Source: an uncultured Chloroflexia bacterium
GTDB lineage: Bacteria; Chloroflexota; Dehalococcoidia; DSTF01; JALHUB01
Reading direction: 5' to 3'
Assembly (NCBI GenBank): GCA_963703345.1
Contig: OY969814.1
Coordinates: forward strand, 32,001 to 96,000
Length of the DNA stretch: 64,000 bases
A program made the translations under genes and the position numbers. The notes under the pieces were generated by a model that worked only from the letters and a program-made list of their open reading frames with translations, searched no databases and had not been told where the DNA came from. Positions 40,256 to 50,479 of this stretch are shown here, piece by piece. Every line of letters starts with the position of its first letter. The first letter of the stretch is position 1.

Positions 40256-40711
40256 TCAGGCCGCCAGGAACCGTCCTCGCCTCAGTTGTCGCCGCAGGAA
40301 GCCGGCGGCGATGAAGTAGACTCCCGACACCACGAGTGACCCCAGCAACGCCGCGGCGAACCCATCAACGTGAAAGCCGATGTTCAGCTTGCCGGATATC
40401 CATGCCGTGAAGGCGAACACAAGCGCGTTGATTACGACGATGAATAGCCCCAGCGTCAGTATCTCGAGAGGACAGGTCAGGAGGATGAGCAGCGGACGGA
40501 GGACGGCGCGCGCTAGCATGAAGATCGCCGCCGCCGGCAATAGCGCCTGCCAGCCGTCGATGTCCACGCCTCTGACGAGGGCGGCCGCCGTCAGCAGCGC
40601 CAACATCGTGATGCCCCAGCGGACCGCGATGCGGAATATCCAGGGGACGTTCGCCCGCTCCCAGCGCGGCTCCGTCTCTCCCCAGTAACGGACGATAATC
40701 ATCCGCCTCAT
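40256..40711 (-). CDS. YvlD-like / phage holin 4_2 family membrane protein
   Basis: LRPLLILLTCPLEILTLGLFIVVINA...GFAAALLGS. Confidence 0.75.
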   Translation of the reverse strand: MRRMIIVRYWGETEPRWERANVPWIFRIAVRWGITMLALLTAAALVRGVDIDGWQALLPAAAIFMLARAVLRPLLILLTCPLEILTLGLFIVVINALVFAFTAWISGKLNIGFHVDGFAAALLGSLVVSGVYFIAAGFLRRQLRRGRFLAA

Positions 40712-40820
40712 GGTCTGAGTATAGCAAACGCCGGCGCCCACCGCCCGACGCACGCCTTCTTGATGGTGACTCCAGCCTCGGCTACCCTTGGGGAAACCGC
40801 CTGGGACAGGGAGACGTTGC

Positions 40821-42362
40821 TTGAGCTACTTCCGAAAGCCGCTGGAGCGGCTGAGTCGAGCGTCCGACGGCCCGAATCACAAGTGGTGGGCCTTCACGGC
40901 CGTGTCGATCGGCATCTTCATGTCCACGCTGGACGTGAGTATCGTCAACATCTCGCTGCCGCGCATCATGACGGGCCTCAACGCCAGCTTCGACGCCATC
41001 CAGTGGGTGGTGCTCGCCTACCTGCTGACGATAACTTCTCTCCTGCTGGCTTTCGGGCGCCTTGCCGACCTGGCGGGCCGAAAGAAGGTGTACATAGCCG
41101 GGTTCGTCGTCTTCGTGCTGGGCAACCTGGCGGCCGGCCTCTCTCGCAACGTGATCGACCTCACGATCGCGCGCGCCGTCGCCGGCATTGGTGGCGCGAT
41201 GATCCAGGCGAACAGCGTGGCCATCACCGCCGCCGTCTTTCCGCCCGAAGAGCGCGGCGCGGCGCTTGGCCTGAATGGCACGATAGTCGCCGCCGGCCTC
41301 GTCGCCGGACCCACCGCCGGCGGCCTGATCACCGACGCCTTCGGCTGGCGCTGGGTGTTCTACATCGCCATTCCGGTGGGCCTGCTCGCCATCCCGTTCG
41401 CTCTAGCGGTCCTGCGGGAGAGCCGCATTTCCGTGGCGTCGCGCGGGCGGCGCGAGCCTTTCGACTGGACGGGATCGGTGCTGTGGGCCGCCTTTCTTTT
41501 CGCCCTGCTTTTCGCGCTGAACCAGGGCTCAGCGATGGGCTGGAGCTCGCCGCTGATCGTTACCCTGTTCGCGGCCAGCGTCGCGCTTGTGCTGGCCTTC
41601 GTCATCGTGGAGCTACGGACGGCCTTCCCGGCGATGCGCCTGGGCCTTTTCCGCGTCTGGGGTTTCTCCGCGGGCTCGACGGCGCTGTTCTGCAGCTTCA
41701 CCAGCCAGCAGGTGCCGGTATTCCTGATGCCTTTCTACTTGCAGCTCGTCCGCGGCTTCAGCGCCGAGAAGGCCGGCGTGCTCCTGACCGCCGTCCCGCT
41801 GGCGATGGCGCTGGCCGCGCCGATCAGCGGCCGCCTCTCCGACCGCTACGGCTCGCGCGGCCTTTCGACGGCCGGCCTTCTCGTCTTCGCCGCCGGTTTC
41901 CTCCTCCTCGCGCGTGCAACCACCGCCGGCCAGACGGACCTTCCGCTCATCGGGACGTTCATAGTGCTTGGCATCGGGCTGGGGCTGTTCCAGTCGCCGA
42001 ACAACAACTTCATATTCGCCTCCGTGCCGCGCCAGCATTACGGCATCGCCTCCGGCTTCATCGCGACCATCCGCAACGCCGGCAGCTCGTTGGGCATCGC
42101 CGTCTGGGGCGCTATCCTGGCGTCCAAGCTCACGAGCCACGGCTTCACCGGCGACCTGGAGGCCGCGGCGAACAATCCGACCCTTACCGGCAAAGTGACG
42201 CCGGTATTCCTGGACGGCCTGCACGTCGCGATCTACGCTGCCGTTGCCGTGCTCGTCATCGGCGTCGTCTTCTCGGCGTTGCGCGGGCCGCGACCGACCC
42301 AAGAGCAGCCGACGGCGCCTACATTCGGAGAAGGGCGGCCGGAAGGAAGAGATGTCCGCTGA
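40821..42362 (+). CDS. MFS transporter, DHA2 (EmrB/QacA) family
   Basis: LDVSIVNISLP, GRLADLAGRK, WRWVF, GRLSDRYG; about 14 TM. Confidence 0.9.
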   Translation: MSYFRKPLERLSRASDGPNHKWWAFTAVSIGIFMSTLDVSIVNISLPRIMTGLNASFDAIQWVVLAYLLTITSLLLAFGRLADLAGRKKVYIAGFVVFVLGNLAAGLSRNVIDLTIARAVAGIGGAMIQANSVAITAAVFPPEERGAALGLNGTIVAAGLVAGPTAGGLITDAFGWRWVFYIAIPVGLLAIPFALAVLRESRISVASRGRREPFDWTGSVLWAAFLFALLFALNQGSAMGWSSPLIVTLFAASVALVLAFVIVELRTAFPAMRLGLFRVWGFSAGSTALFCSFTSQQVPVFLMPFYLQLVRGFSAEKAGVLLTAVPLAMALAAPISGRLSDRYGSRGLSTAGLLVFAAGFLLLARATTAGQTDLPLIGTFIVLGIGLGLFQSPNNNFIFASVPRQHYGIASGFIATIRNAGSSLGIAVWGAILASKLTSHGFTGDLEAAANNPTLTGKVTPVFLDGLHVAIYAAVAVLVIGVVFSALRGPRPTQEQPTAPTFGEGRPEGRDVR

Positions 42363-43194
42363 CCAGTCGATTGGCGTTATCTTCGGCGCTGGCATCCTGG
42401 CGGGACTGATGGGCTCGCTGACCGGCCTGGGCGGCGGCGCGCTCATCGTGCCGCTGCTGACGATCGGCTTCGGCCTGGACATTCGCGTCGCCGTCGGCGC
42501 AAGCATCGTCTCGATAATAGCCACCTCCAGCGGCGCGGCTGCCGCCTACGTCCGCGATCACCTCACGAACATCCGAATCGGTATGCTGCTGGAGCTGGGG
42601 ACGACGCTCGGCGGGTTGAGCGGCGCCTATCTGACGACCTACCTGCCCAGCGGCGCTCTTTTCGTGCTATTCGGCGTCGTGCTGCTCGCTTCGGCCCTGC
42701 CGACGGCGCGACGGCTGGGCGAAGAGCTGCCGCACGGCGTCGTCAATGACCGGTGGGCGGGCGTCCTGAGACTGGCCGGCAGCTATCCGGACCGCGTCAT
42801 CGGCGAAGAGGTCGCCTACCAGGTGCGCGGCGTGCCGGCGGGCTTTTCGATGATGTACTTCGCCGGCGTCTTCTCCGGACTGCTGGGCATCGGCGCCGGC
42901 GCGCTGAAAGTGCTGGCCATGGACACGCTGATGCGCCTGCCGATGAAGGTTTCGACGGCGACGAGCAACTTCATGATCGGCGTGACGGCGGCGGCGAGCG
43001 CGGGCGTCTACTTCTGGCGCGGCGACGTCGTTCCGGCTGTGGCGGCGCCGGTGGCGCTGGGCGTGCTGATCGGCGCCTCGGCCGGGGCGCAGTTGCTGGT
43101 GCGCTTTCCGAACGTCACAGTGCGCCTGATATTCATCCCTGTGCTGGTCGGCGTCGGCATCGAGATGCTCCTGCGCGGCCTGGGGGTGGCGTAA
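42352..43194 (+). CDS. Sulfite exporter TauE/SafE (TSUP) family protein
   Basis: GLGGG..IVP, ATSSG, SGLLGIG, PMKVSTATSNFMIGVT. Confidence 0.88.
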   Translation: MSADQSIGVIFGAGILAGLMGSLTGLGGGALIVPLLTIGFGLDIRVAVGASIVSIIATSSGAAAAYVRDHLTNIRIGMLLELGTTLGGLSGAYLTTYLPSGALFVLFGVVLLASALPTARRLGEELPHGVVNDRWAGVLRLAGSYPDRVIGEEVAYQVRGVPAGFSMMYFAGVFSGLLGIGAGALKVLAMDTLMRLPMKVSTATSNFMIGVTAAASAGVYFWRGDVVPAVAAPVALGVLIGASAGAQLLVRFPNVTVRLIFIPVLVGVGIEMLLRGLGVA

Positions 43195-43596
43195 ATGGAA
43201 GACATGTCATCGACTCCCGTCCGCTACGGCGGCCGCCCGATGGAGCTGTGGATAAGCCGCGTCCTCCTCTTCGGCGTCCTGCTTGCGACGGCTATCATCC
43301 TGGCCGGGCTGACGCTCTTCCTGGCGAAAGGCGGCGGCAGCGGCGAGTCACTGAGCGGACTCGTCGACCAGCAGCGGATGGCAGCGAACCTCGGGTCCAT
43401 CCTGCACGGCATTGCCCGCGCCGACGGCAAGTCGCTCATCCGGCTGGGCTTGCTGGCGCTCATCCTGACGCCCATCGCGCGGGTCGCGATGAGCCTATTC
43501 CTCTTCCTCCGCGAGGGCGACCGCGTCTTCGTGCTGATAACGGCCGCAGTCCTCTTCATTTTGCTGGGCGGCCTCATCGCCAGCGCGCTTACGTAG
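43195..43596 (+). CDS. DUF1634-like membrane protein (TSUP partner)
   Basis: ISRVLLFGV, LGLLALILTPIARV; usual neighbour of this TSUP subfamily. Confidence 0.75.
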   Translation: MEDMSSTPVRYGGRPMELWISRVLLFGVLLATAIILAGLTLFLAKGGGSGESLSGLVDQQRMAANLGSILHGIARADGKSLIRLGLLALILTPIARVAMSLFLFLREGDRVFVLITAAVLFILLGGLIASALT

Positions 43597-43607
43597 AGGT
43601 GCTGAAG

Positions 43608-43645
43608 GCCCTCGTAGGCCAGGCTGCTGGTACCGAGGGCTTTTT
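43608..43645 (+). terminator. Possible intrinsic terminator
   Basis: gccctcg...cgagggc followed by TTTTT. Confidence 0.45.
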
Positions 43646-43735
43646 GACACGCGCTCCGGGCTGCCGGTAGCTAGGCCTCAGACACGCGCTCCGGGCTTTC
43701 CCAGCCTGGCCCGTAACCTGCGTGATTCGCTTGCG

Positions 43736-46006
43736 TTATTTTTCCGGCGTCGCGGGTTGCACCAGCACCTCGAGATCGCCCTCGATCCTCAGGACGTCGA
43801 CGGCCACGCGCGTCTCCGCCGTCCGCTCGAAGCGAAGGTCGGCGCGCGCATCGCCGACGCGCAGGTCGTGCAGCTCAAGGTCGTGAACGAAGTCGGGAAG
43901 CGTGGGCCGGACGATTCGCAGACGCCTTTCGAACGCGTCGGGAACGAGGCCGAGCAACGTCTCCACCAGGTAGGGGACAGATCCCGCCGCCCATGCCTGA
44001 GGATGACAGGCGACAGGGTATTGGACCGGAACTTCGTAGTCCTGGCGAGAGAAGCCGGAGAACAGCTCCGGCAGGCGGTAGTTGTCGAAGTAAGTCGCCG
44101 CTTCGAAGATGCCCTTCATCACCTGTCGCGCCGCCTGATCGAGCCCGTAGCGGCGGAAGCCGGCAGCGATAATCGAGTTGTCGTGCGGCCAGACAGTGCC
44201 CAGGTGATAGCCGACGGGGTTGTAGCGACGTTCCTTCTCGGAAAGGGTGCGGATGCCCCAGCCGCTATACATATCGGGCTGCATGAGGCGCTCGGCAACC
44301 TTCTTCGCCCTCTCCCGGCTCACGATGCCCGTCCACAGCGCCTGACCCATATTGGAAGCGACGACGGCGATGGGGCGCAACCCGTCCTCCAGGGCAAAGG
44401 CGTAGAAGCACTTGTCCTCCAGCCAGAACCTCTCCTCGAAGCGCTTGCGCAGTTCCTCCGCCTCGCGCTCCAGTCGGGCGGCAACGTCGGCCTCGCCGGC
44501 GCGTCGGTACACTTCCGCAATGACCCGCTTGGCGCGGTAGACGTAGCCCTGCACCTCGACGACGGCGATGGGCGGCTTTGCCAGTTCGCCGTCCTCGCGG
44601 ACCAGAGCATCACCGGAGTCCTTCCACCCCTGGTTGACGAGCCCGTTCTCTGAGTCGGACCTGTACTGGACGAAGCCATCGCCCGTGATGTCGCCGTACC
44701 TATCTATCCATTCCAGCGCCCGCTCGACGTTGCTTCGCAACTCGTGGAAGAGGTCCAGCTTCCCCGTCCAGCGGGCGTGCAGGCCCGTCAGGATGAGGAA
44801 GAGCGGCGTCGCGTCGACGGTGCCGTAGTAGCGGGAGTGCGGTATCTCACCCAAATTGGCCAGCTCGCCGACCCGCAGCTCGTGGATGATCTTGCCCGGC
44901 TGCTCGTCGCGCCATTCGTCCACTTCTTTCCCCTGGAACGCCGCGAGGAGGCGGAGCATGTTCTGGGCGATGACGGGGTCGTAGGCGAGCGACTGGATGG
45001 CCGTGATGAGGCTGTCGCGGCCGAAAAGCGTCACGAACCAGGGTATGCCGGCGTCGAAGTACTCGCGTCCTTCGAGCGTATTGCGAAGCATGCGGAGGTC
45101 GCGGAAGGAGCGCTCGATGAGGCGGGTGAGTGCCAGACTGTCGCTTTCGACCACCGTCTGCCGCTTCAGCCAGTCGCCGGCGGAGCGGTGCAGGAGCAAC
45201 TCGATGCGCTTGAGGTCGGGCATCTCCCACGGCCGCGGCTGTATCTCTTCCCTGTTCTCCGATTCGGTGACGACCAGGGAGACCAGAATTTCCTTCGTCT
45301 CTCCGGGCTGGAGGGAGACTTCGAACTGCGCCCGGCTCCCCAGCCTGCGATCAGGCGTCGGCGAGAAGCGAATGTTGACGCCGCGGTAGATGCCGTCGGC
45401 GCCGTCGTAAGAGAAGAAGAGGATGAACTTGTCCCACCGAGGCGGATTGAGCTTGCCCGGCCGCTTCGTCAGCAGGCTGCGAACGACAAACATATCTTCG
45501 AAGCCGGAGCTAAAGCGGAAGGTGAGCGTGAAATCGAGCGGGGCCATGGCGAAGTTCTGCAAAGTGATGACGTCGCGCAAGGCCGAGCGTTCGCTATCGA
45601 TCATGCGCTCCCACTTGATGCCGATGCTTTCTTTCTGGACCTTGCCGCCGTCCTTGGTCTCGAAGTCGGGGTTCGTCAATTCGAAGACGGCTTTGAAGCC
45701 CGCTGCCGCGGTGCCGACTAGGGGCTGCGCATGGGCATCAGCTATTAAGAGCTCGTAGCCGTTTAGGAAGCGACAGTCGTGGTAGTACAGACCGAGGCCG
45801 TGGCCGTCGTTGACAGGGATGTTGCCGTCTGGATTGGTGAGAAGGAAGATGGGGCCGTCTTTGAGGACGATGGCATCGGCAATTGCCGCCGTGGTGGAGG
45901 GCACGGCGTGAGTCAGGACGCGCTGCTTGCGCTCCCGCCTCTCCTTCTCGTCTTGCGGCGTACGTTGGTCCTGAGATTCGGGCGGTTTCACCGGCGACAC
46001 AGCCAT
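43736..46006 (-). CDS. Amylo-alpha-1,6-glucosidase / glycogen-debranching-like glycoside hydrolase
   Basis: GLYYHDCRFL N-terminal domain; AGIPWFVTLFGRD, PGKIIHE, YYGTVDATP, NQGWKDS, YHLGTVWPHDN, LPELF. Confidence 0.88.
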   Translation of the reverse strand: MAVSPVKPPESQDQRTPQDEKERRERKQRVLTHAVPSTTAAIADAIVLKDGPIFLLTNPDGNIPVNDGHGLGLYYHDCRFLNGYELLIADAHAQPLVGTAAAGFKAVFELTNPDFETKDGGKVQKESIGIKWERMIDSERSALRDVITLQNFAMAPLDFTLTFRFSSGFEDMFVVRSLLTKRPGKLNPPRWDKFILFFSYDGADGIYRGVNIRFSPTPDRRLGSRAQFEVSLQPGETKEILVSLVVTESENREEIQPRPWEMPDLKRIELLLHRSAGDWLKRQTVVESDSLALTRLIERSFRDLRMLRNTLEGREYFDAGIPWFVTLFGRDSLITAIQSLAYDPVIAQNMLRLLAAFQGKEVDEWRDEQPGKIIHELRVGELANLGEIPHSRYYGTVDATPLFLILTGLHARWTGKLDLFHELRSNVERALEWIDRYGDITGDGFVQYRSDSENGLVNQGWKDSGDALVREDGELAKPPIAVVEVQGYVYRAKRVIAEVYRRAGEADVAARLEREAEELRKRFEERFWLEDKCFYAFALEDGLRPIAVVASNMGQALWTGIVSRERAKKVAERLMQPDMYSGWGIRTLSEKERRYNPVGYHLGTVWPHDNSIIAAGFRRYGLDQAARQVMKGIFEAATYFDNYRLPELFSGFSRQDYEVPVQYPVACHPQAWAAGSVPYLVETLLGLVPDAFERRLRIVRPTLPDFVHDLELHDLRVGDARADLRFERTAETRVAVDVLRIEGDLEVLVQPATPEK

Positions 46007-46688
46007 GTTCTGGTTCCTCGGCTCCTCAAGAGACTGTTGTCAAAGATCGCCATTGGAGCGAGCGGGCCGTGTGGAGCCGGGATTGGGGATAGACAGGGCG
46101 TCCTTGCCCTGATAACGGCCGTCAACAAGTCCTTCATAAGCCGCGCTGCCGCCGCGTCCGCCTGGCCGATGCACTCTCGCTCCCCGCTTTCGCCTCGATC
46201 AGCACAATCGTTGTCCTGATCCAGGCAAGCGTGCCGTCGGCTTCCGCCGAGACCGCCCCGGACGAATGGCGGCAAGCCCTATCCCTCGATTCGAGCGTCC
46301 TGTCTCGAATCGCTTCCCTGTGAATGGCACGATATTGGATGCGCTTCGTTTGAACAATACCGCCCTTATGTGAAGGACTCATGAATCGCGGTCGCCGGTA
46401 CGTAAACAGGCCGTGAAGGGCGAGCGCTTGAGCAGACGGCGCTGGCACGAGAATTGCCGGGGAACCGAATTCGCGTCGCGATGGTAATTGACAAGAATTG
46501 CGCAGACCTGTTCCACATAGCGTCAAGGAGTGCGATGATGCGTCCGATAATGAATGTAGTGGTTTCTCCGCATATTTCCTTGTGCCCTTCAGGACGCAAG
46601 CTTAGCATTACACAAAGTTCCCATAGGTCGGCGCCGGGAGAAGTACCAACGATCCCGGATAAAAGTGTTACCTGAAAGGAGACCAACT

Positions 46689-48380
46689 ATGCGGAGGAAG
46701 GGATTCTGGTGCCTCACCCTCGTGGCACTCACCGCCACTCTGACTCTAGCGATTGTGGCATGTGGGGGAAGCACAAAGACGAGCTCCACAGCGACACCGG
46801 GCACGGGAGGCGCGGCGCCTGCCGCTCAGCAGAACCTGATCGTCCAGAACAGCGAGCCCGAGTTCTTCGACCCGCAGCGCTCCAACTTCGAGCAGGACAT
46901 CGCCATTGAACGAATGCTGTTCCGCGGCCTCTACGAACTCCAACTCGACTCCAGCGACAACGTGGTGGCTGTGCCTGCCATGGCTGCAGGCGACCCCCAG
47001 GTTAGCGGCAACGTATACACCATAAAGCTGAAGAGCGGCCTCAAATGGTCTGATGGACAGCCGCTGACGGCAAAGGACTTCGAGTACAGCCTCAAGCGCG
47101 AGTGCACTGAAGCCACGGCAGGCCCCTACCAGTACGTCCTCGGTGCCGGCATGCTCGACCTCGTCGGCTGCGACGACCTCTTCACCGGCAAGGGCACCGC
47201 CGACGCCGTCGGCGTCAAGGCCGTCGACGACACGACGCTCCAGATGACGTTGAAGGCGCCCAAGCCCACCTTCGAGACCATCATGTCACTCTGGGCCACC
47301 TTCCCCGTGCGCCAGGACGTCGTCGAGAAGTTCGGCGACAAGTGGACAGACCCGGGCAACATCGTCGTCAACGGGCCGTACACCCTCACCGAGTTCGTGG
47401 CCAAGGACCACGTGACGCTGGCCCCGAACCCGAACTGGGCGCTGGACCCCAAGCCCCAGCTTCAGAAGATCACCGTCAAGTTCATCGACGACCAGGAAGT
47501 GGCGTTCCGCGCCTTCCAGACCGGCGAGCTCGACATGACAACCATCCCGGCGACAGAGATTCCGACCATCCTGAACGATCCCACGCTCAAGTCGGAATAC
47601 CTGCAGGTCGGCTCTCTCCGCATCTGGTCCGTCGAGATGCAGATGAACAACGAAGTCCTCAAGAACCCCAAGGTGCGGCTGGCGCTCTCCCGCGCAATCG
47701 ACAGGACATCGTTGGTCAAGGTCGTCTACAACGACGCTTACCTGCCCGCGACCTACTGGCTCGTCAAGGGCATACCCGGCTACCAGGGCAACGGCCCCTT
47801 TGAGAACATCATCGGCTATGACCCGGCGGCTGCCAAGCAGGCGCTCGCCGACGCCGGCTACCCCAACGGCCAGGGCTTCCCGACGCTGACGATAACCGTC
47901 ACGGACAACCCGGTGCGAAAGGCCGAGGGTGAGTTCTTGCAGCAGGCCTGGAAGCAAACTCTGGGTATCAACACCACCATCCAGGCCGTTGATGCCAAGA
48001 CGCGCTCGGACACCTTCAACTCGAAGAACTTCCAGCTCTTCCCGGGCGGCTGGCAGAATGACTACCCCGACCCCGAGAACTCGCTCATCGGGCTCTTCAA
48101 CACCGGCGGCGGCAACAACGAGTACGACTGCAGCGACCCGGACATCGACGCCAAGCTGTCGGCAGCGGGAGCCGAGACCGACAACGCGACGCGCATCAAA
48201 GACCTCCAGGACGCCGAGACCCTCATAGTCACCAGGCTTTGCGGAGCTGCTCCCCTCTGGCAGGGAGCTTTCCTCTACCTGGTCGACCCCAAGGTCGGCG
48301 GCGTTCGCGCCAACGGCGCCATCGACGCCGCGATGCCCGGCAACTGGTGTCCGGAGTGCTGGTTCATCAAAGCGCAATAA
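46689..48380 (+). CDS. oppA: Peptide ABC transporter substrate-binding lipoprotein
   Basis: Lipobox IVAC; KWSDGQPLTAKDF, NGPY, VRLALSRAIDR, GWQNDYPDP. Confidence 0.88.
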   Translation: MRRKGFWCLTLVALTATLTLAIVACGGSTKTSSTATPGTGGAAPAAQQNLIVQNSEPEFFDPQRSNFEQDIAIERMLFRGLYELQLDSSDNVVAVPAMAAGDPQVSGNVYTIKLKSGLKWSDGQPLTAKDFEYSLKRECTEATAGPYQYVLGAGMLDLVGCDDLFTGKGTADAVGVKAVDDTTLQMTLKAPKPTFETIMSLWATFPVRQDVVEKFGDKWTDPGNIVVNGPYTLTEFVAKDHVTLAPNPNWALDPKPQLQKITVKFIDDQEVAFRAFQTGELDMTTIPATEIPTILNDPTLKSEYLQVGSLRIWSVEMQMNNEVLKNPKVRLALSRAIDRTSLVKVVYNDAYLPATYWLVKGIPGYQGNGPFENIIGYDPAAAKQALADAGYPNGQGFPTLTITVTDNPVRKAEGEFLQQAWKQTLGINTTIQAVDAKTRSDTFNSKNFQLFPGGWQNDYPDPENSLIGLFNTGGGNNEYDCSDPDIDAKLSAAGAETDNATRIKDLQDAETLIVTRLCGAAPLWQGAFLYLVDPKVGGVRANGAIDAAMPGNWCPECWFIKAQ

Positions 48381-48411
48381 TATACGGTAAAGAAAGCGAC
48401 GTGTAACATAA

Positions 48412-48442
48412 GTGTGGGGTCCGGGCAACCCGGGCCCCACAC
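48412..48442 (+). promoter_or_regulatory. Intercistronic stem-loop between oppA and oppB
   Basis: GTGTGGGGTCCGG-GCAAC-CCGGGCCCCACAC; no U-tract; probably an mRNA-stabilising hairpin. Confidence 0.55.
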
Positions 48443-48450
48443 GGCATGAG

Positions 48451-49407
48451 ATGACCAGCTACATCATCAGGAGGATTCTCCAGCTCATCCCGGTCCTCTG
48501 GGCCGTGGCGACGATTACCTTCATCCTGATGCACATGGTCCCGGGCGGACCGTTCACCCAGGACAAAAAGCTGCCGGCGACCATCATGGCGGCCCTGAAC
48601 CGTCGCTACAACCTCGACGAGCCGCTGTGGAAGCAGTACCTGCTCTACCTCTGGAACCTCCTCCACCTGGACCTGGGCCTCTCCTTCCGCGGCGACCGCG
48701 ACGTCTCCCAACTCATACGCGACGGCTTCTTCGTGACGGCGCAGCTTGGCATCATCGCCTTCATCGTCGCTTCGGTCGTCGGGCTGACTCTGGGAGTCCT
48801 CTCGGCGCTAAACCAGAACGGCTTCCTCGACTACGTCGGTGTCTTCTTCGCGACCGTCGGCGCCGCGCTGCCGAGCTTCGTCATGGCGTCGTTCCTGATC
48901 GTCATCTTCGCCGTCAAGCTGGGCTGGTTCGAGATCCTCGGTTGGGGAGGGCCGATCCAGATCAGTCAGACGCTCGATCCTTCCGCCTGGGAGTGGAGGA
49001 AGATGGTGTTGCCCGTCATTGCCCTCAGCACACTGCCGGCGGCGTTTATTGCGCGTGTGACAAGAGCGAGTATGCTGGAGGTCCTCAATCAGGACTACAT
49101 CCGAACCGCCCACGCCAAGGGGCTCTCCAAGCTGACCGTAATCCGACGCCATGGCATCAAGAACGCCATGATTCCGGTGCTCACCGTGATGGGACCTTAT
49201 GCCGCCATCCTGATCACCGGGTCCTTCATCATCGAGAATATCTTCTCCATTCCGGGCGTCGGCCGCGCCTTCGTTGACGCGGTATTGCGGCGCGATTACG
49301 CGATGATCATGGGCTCCACGCTCTTCTATGCCGCCATAATCGCTTTCGCCAACCTGGTCGTCGACGTCTTGTACGCCGCCGTCGACCCCAGGATCCGCTA
49401 CAGGTAG
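48451..49407 (+). CDS. oppB: Peptide ABC transporter permease
   Basis: YIIRRIL, PGGPF, DYIRTAHAKGL, DPRIRY. Confidence 0.9.
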   Translation: MTSYIIRRILQLIPVLWAVATITFILMHMVPGGPFTQDKKLPATIMAALNRRYNLDEPLWKQYLLYLWNLLHLDLGLSFRGDRDVSQLIRDGFFVTAQLGIIAFIVASVVGLTLGVLSALNQNGFLDYVGVFFATVGAALPSFVMASFLIVIFAVKLGWFEILGWGGPIQISQTLDPSAWEWRKMVLPVIALSTLPAAFIARVTRASMLEVLNQDYIRTAHAKGLSKLTVIRRHGIKNAMIPVLTVMGPYAAILITGSFIIENIFSIPGVGRAFVDAVLRRDYAMIMGSTLFYAAIIAFANLVVDVLYAAVDPRIRYR

Positions 49408-49411
49408 AGAC

Positions 49412-50341
49412 ATGGAGGAACTGGAATACCGGGCCGAGCTGATTGAAGAGGCGGACTGGGCGCCCATGCGGCAGCGCGGCCTCTGGAGCGACGCGTTTCG
49501 TGCTCTACGGCGCAACCGCATGTCGATGGCGGCCGTCGTCATTCTGCTGATTCTGGCCGTCCTCACTGTCAGCACCGATTTCACGCAACTCATATCCCGC
49601 TACAGCTATCGCGATCAGGTCTACGCCCACGTCGGGGAAGCGCCGTCCTGGGCGCACTTCTTCGGCACCGACTACCTCGGGCGAGACAACTGGAGCCGCG
49701 TTCTCTGGGGCGTCAAGATATCGCTGGAGATCGGCATAGGAACGCAGATCATCGTCCTGATCGTAGGCATGTCCGTGGGCATCTCCGCCGCGCTGGGAGG
49801 CCGCTGGGGCGACAGCGTGCTGATGCGCCTGACGGACGTAACATACGCCTTCCCCGACCTCCTGTTCATTATCCTCATACGCTCTGTTCTGTCCGGGGTT
49901 CACGCGCCGGTCATCGCTGACCCGCGGCTGCAGGTGATGCTGGCGATCGCAATGGTGAACTGGACGACCATCGCGCGATTGGTGCGCGGCCAGATGCTTT
50001 CGCTGTCGCAGCGCGACTACGTCTTGGCGGCGAGGACGCTTGGGGCCGGCAACTTGCGCATCGTGACGCGACATATGCTGCCGAACACGCTGGGGCCCGT
50101 CACCGTCGCCTTCGCCTTCGGCATACCCTTCGCGATCTTCGCTGAGGCGGCGCTGGGCTTCCTCGGCTTCGGTGTGCCGCTGCCCACCCCCAGCTTGGGA
50201 ACCCTCGTCACCGACGGTTACAACCACATTGCCGACATATGGATCATAGTCTTCCCTGCGGGCGCCATTGCCGTGCTGATGCTCTGCTTCACGTTCCTCG
50301 GCGACGGCCTGCGCGACGCCCTTGACCCGCGCCAGCGCTAG
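49412..50341 (+). CDS. oppC: Peptide ABC transporter permease
   Basis: FGTDYLGRD, ARLVRGQ, DYVLAARTLGA, GDGLRDALDPR. Confidence 0.9.
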   Translation: MEELEYRAELIEEADWAPMRQRGLWSDAFRALRRNRMSMAAVVILLILAVLTVSTDFTQLISRYSYRDQVYAHVGEAPSWAHFFGTDYLGRDNWSRVLWGVKISLEIGIGTQIIVLIVGMSVGISAALGGRWGDSVLMRLTDVTYAFPDLLFIILIRSVLSGVHAPVIADPRLQVMLAIAMVNWTTIARLVRGQMLSLSQRDYVLAARTLGAGNLRIVTRHMLPNTLGPVTVAFAFGIPFAIFAEAALGFLGFGVPLPTPSLGTLVTDGYNHIADIWIIVFPAGAIAVLMLCFTFLGDGLRDALDPRQR

Positions 50342-50384
50342 GGACGTAGGTCCCCGAGGGAGTCGACAGACCACTTTGCAAACC

Positions 50385-50412
50385 TTGACAACCGCCCAGG
50401 CGATGTTATAAT
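50385..50412 (+). promoter_or_regulatory. Consensus sigma70 promoter
   Basis: TTGACA-16 nt-TATAAT with TG extension. Confidence 0.75.
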
Positions 50413-50479
50413 CGCGGCATTGGTGGCTGGCTACTGATTCTCCCCGCTTATTGACCCCCGCCAACAAGGAGGTTGCGCG

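Noticed and set aside
40256-40711. Holin as prophage evidence
   Set aside because: YvlD-like membrane proteins are common chromosomal genes; no phage genes nearby.
43646-43697. Direct repeats as a mini-CRISPR array
   Set aside because: Only two 17-bp units with an 18-nt spacer and no cas genes.
46590-46610. GGACGCAAGC resembling a c-di-GMP-I riboswitch segment
   Set aside because: The upstream GCAAA/GNRA P2 elements are not present.
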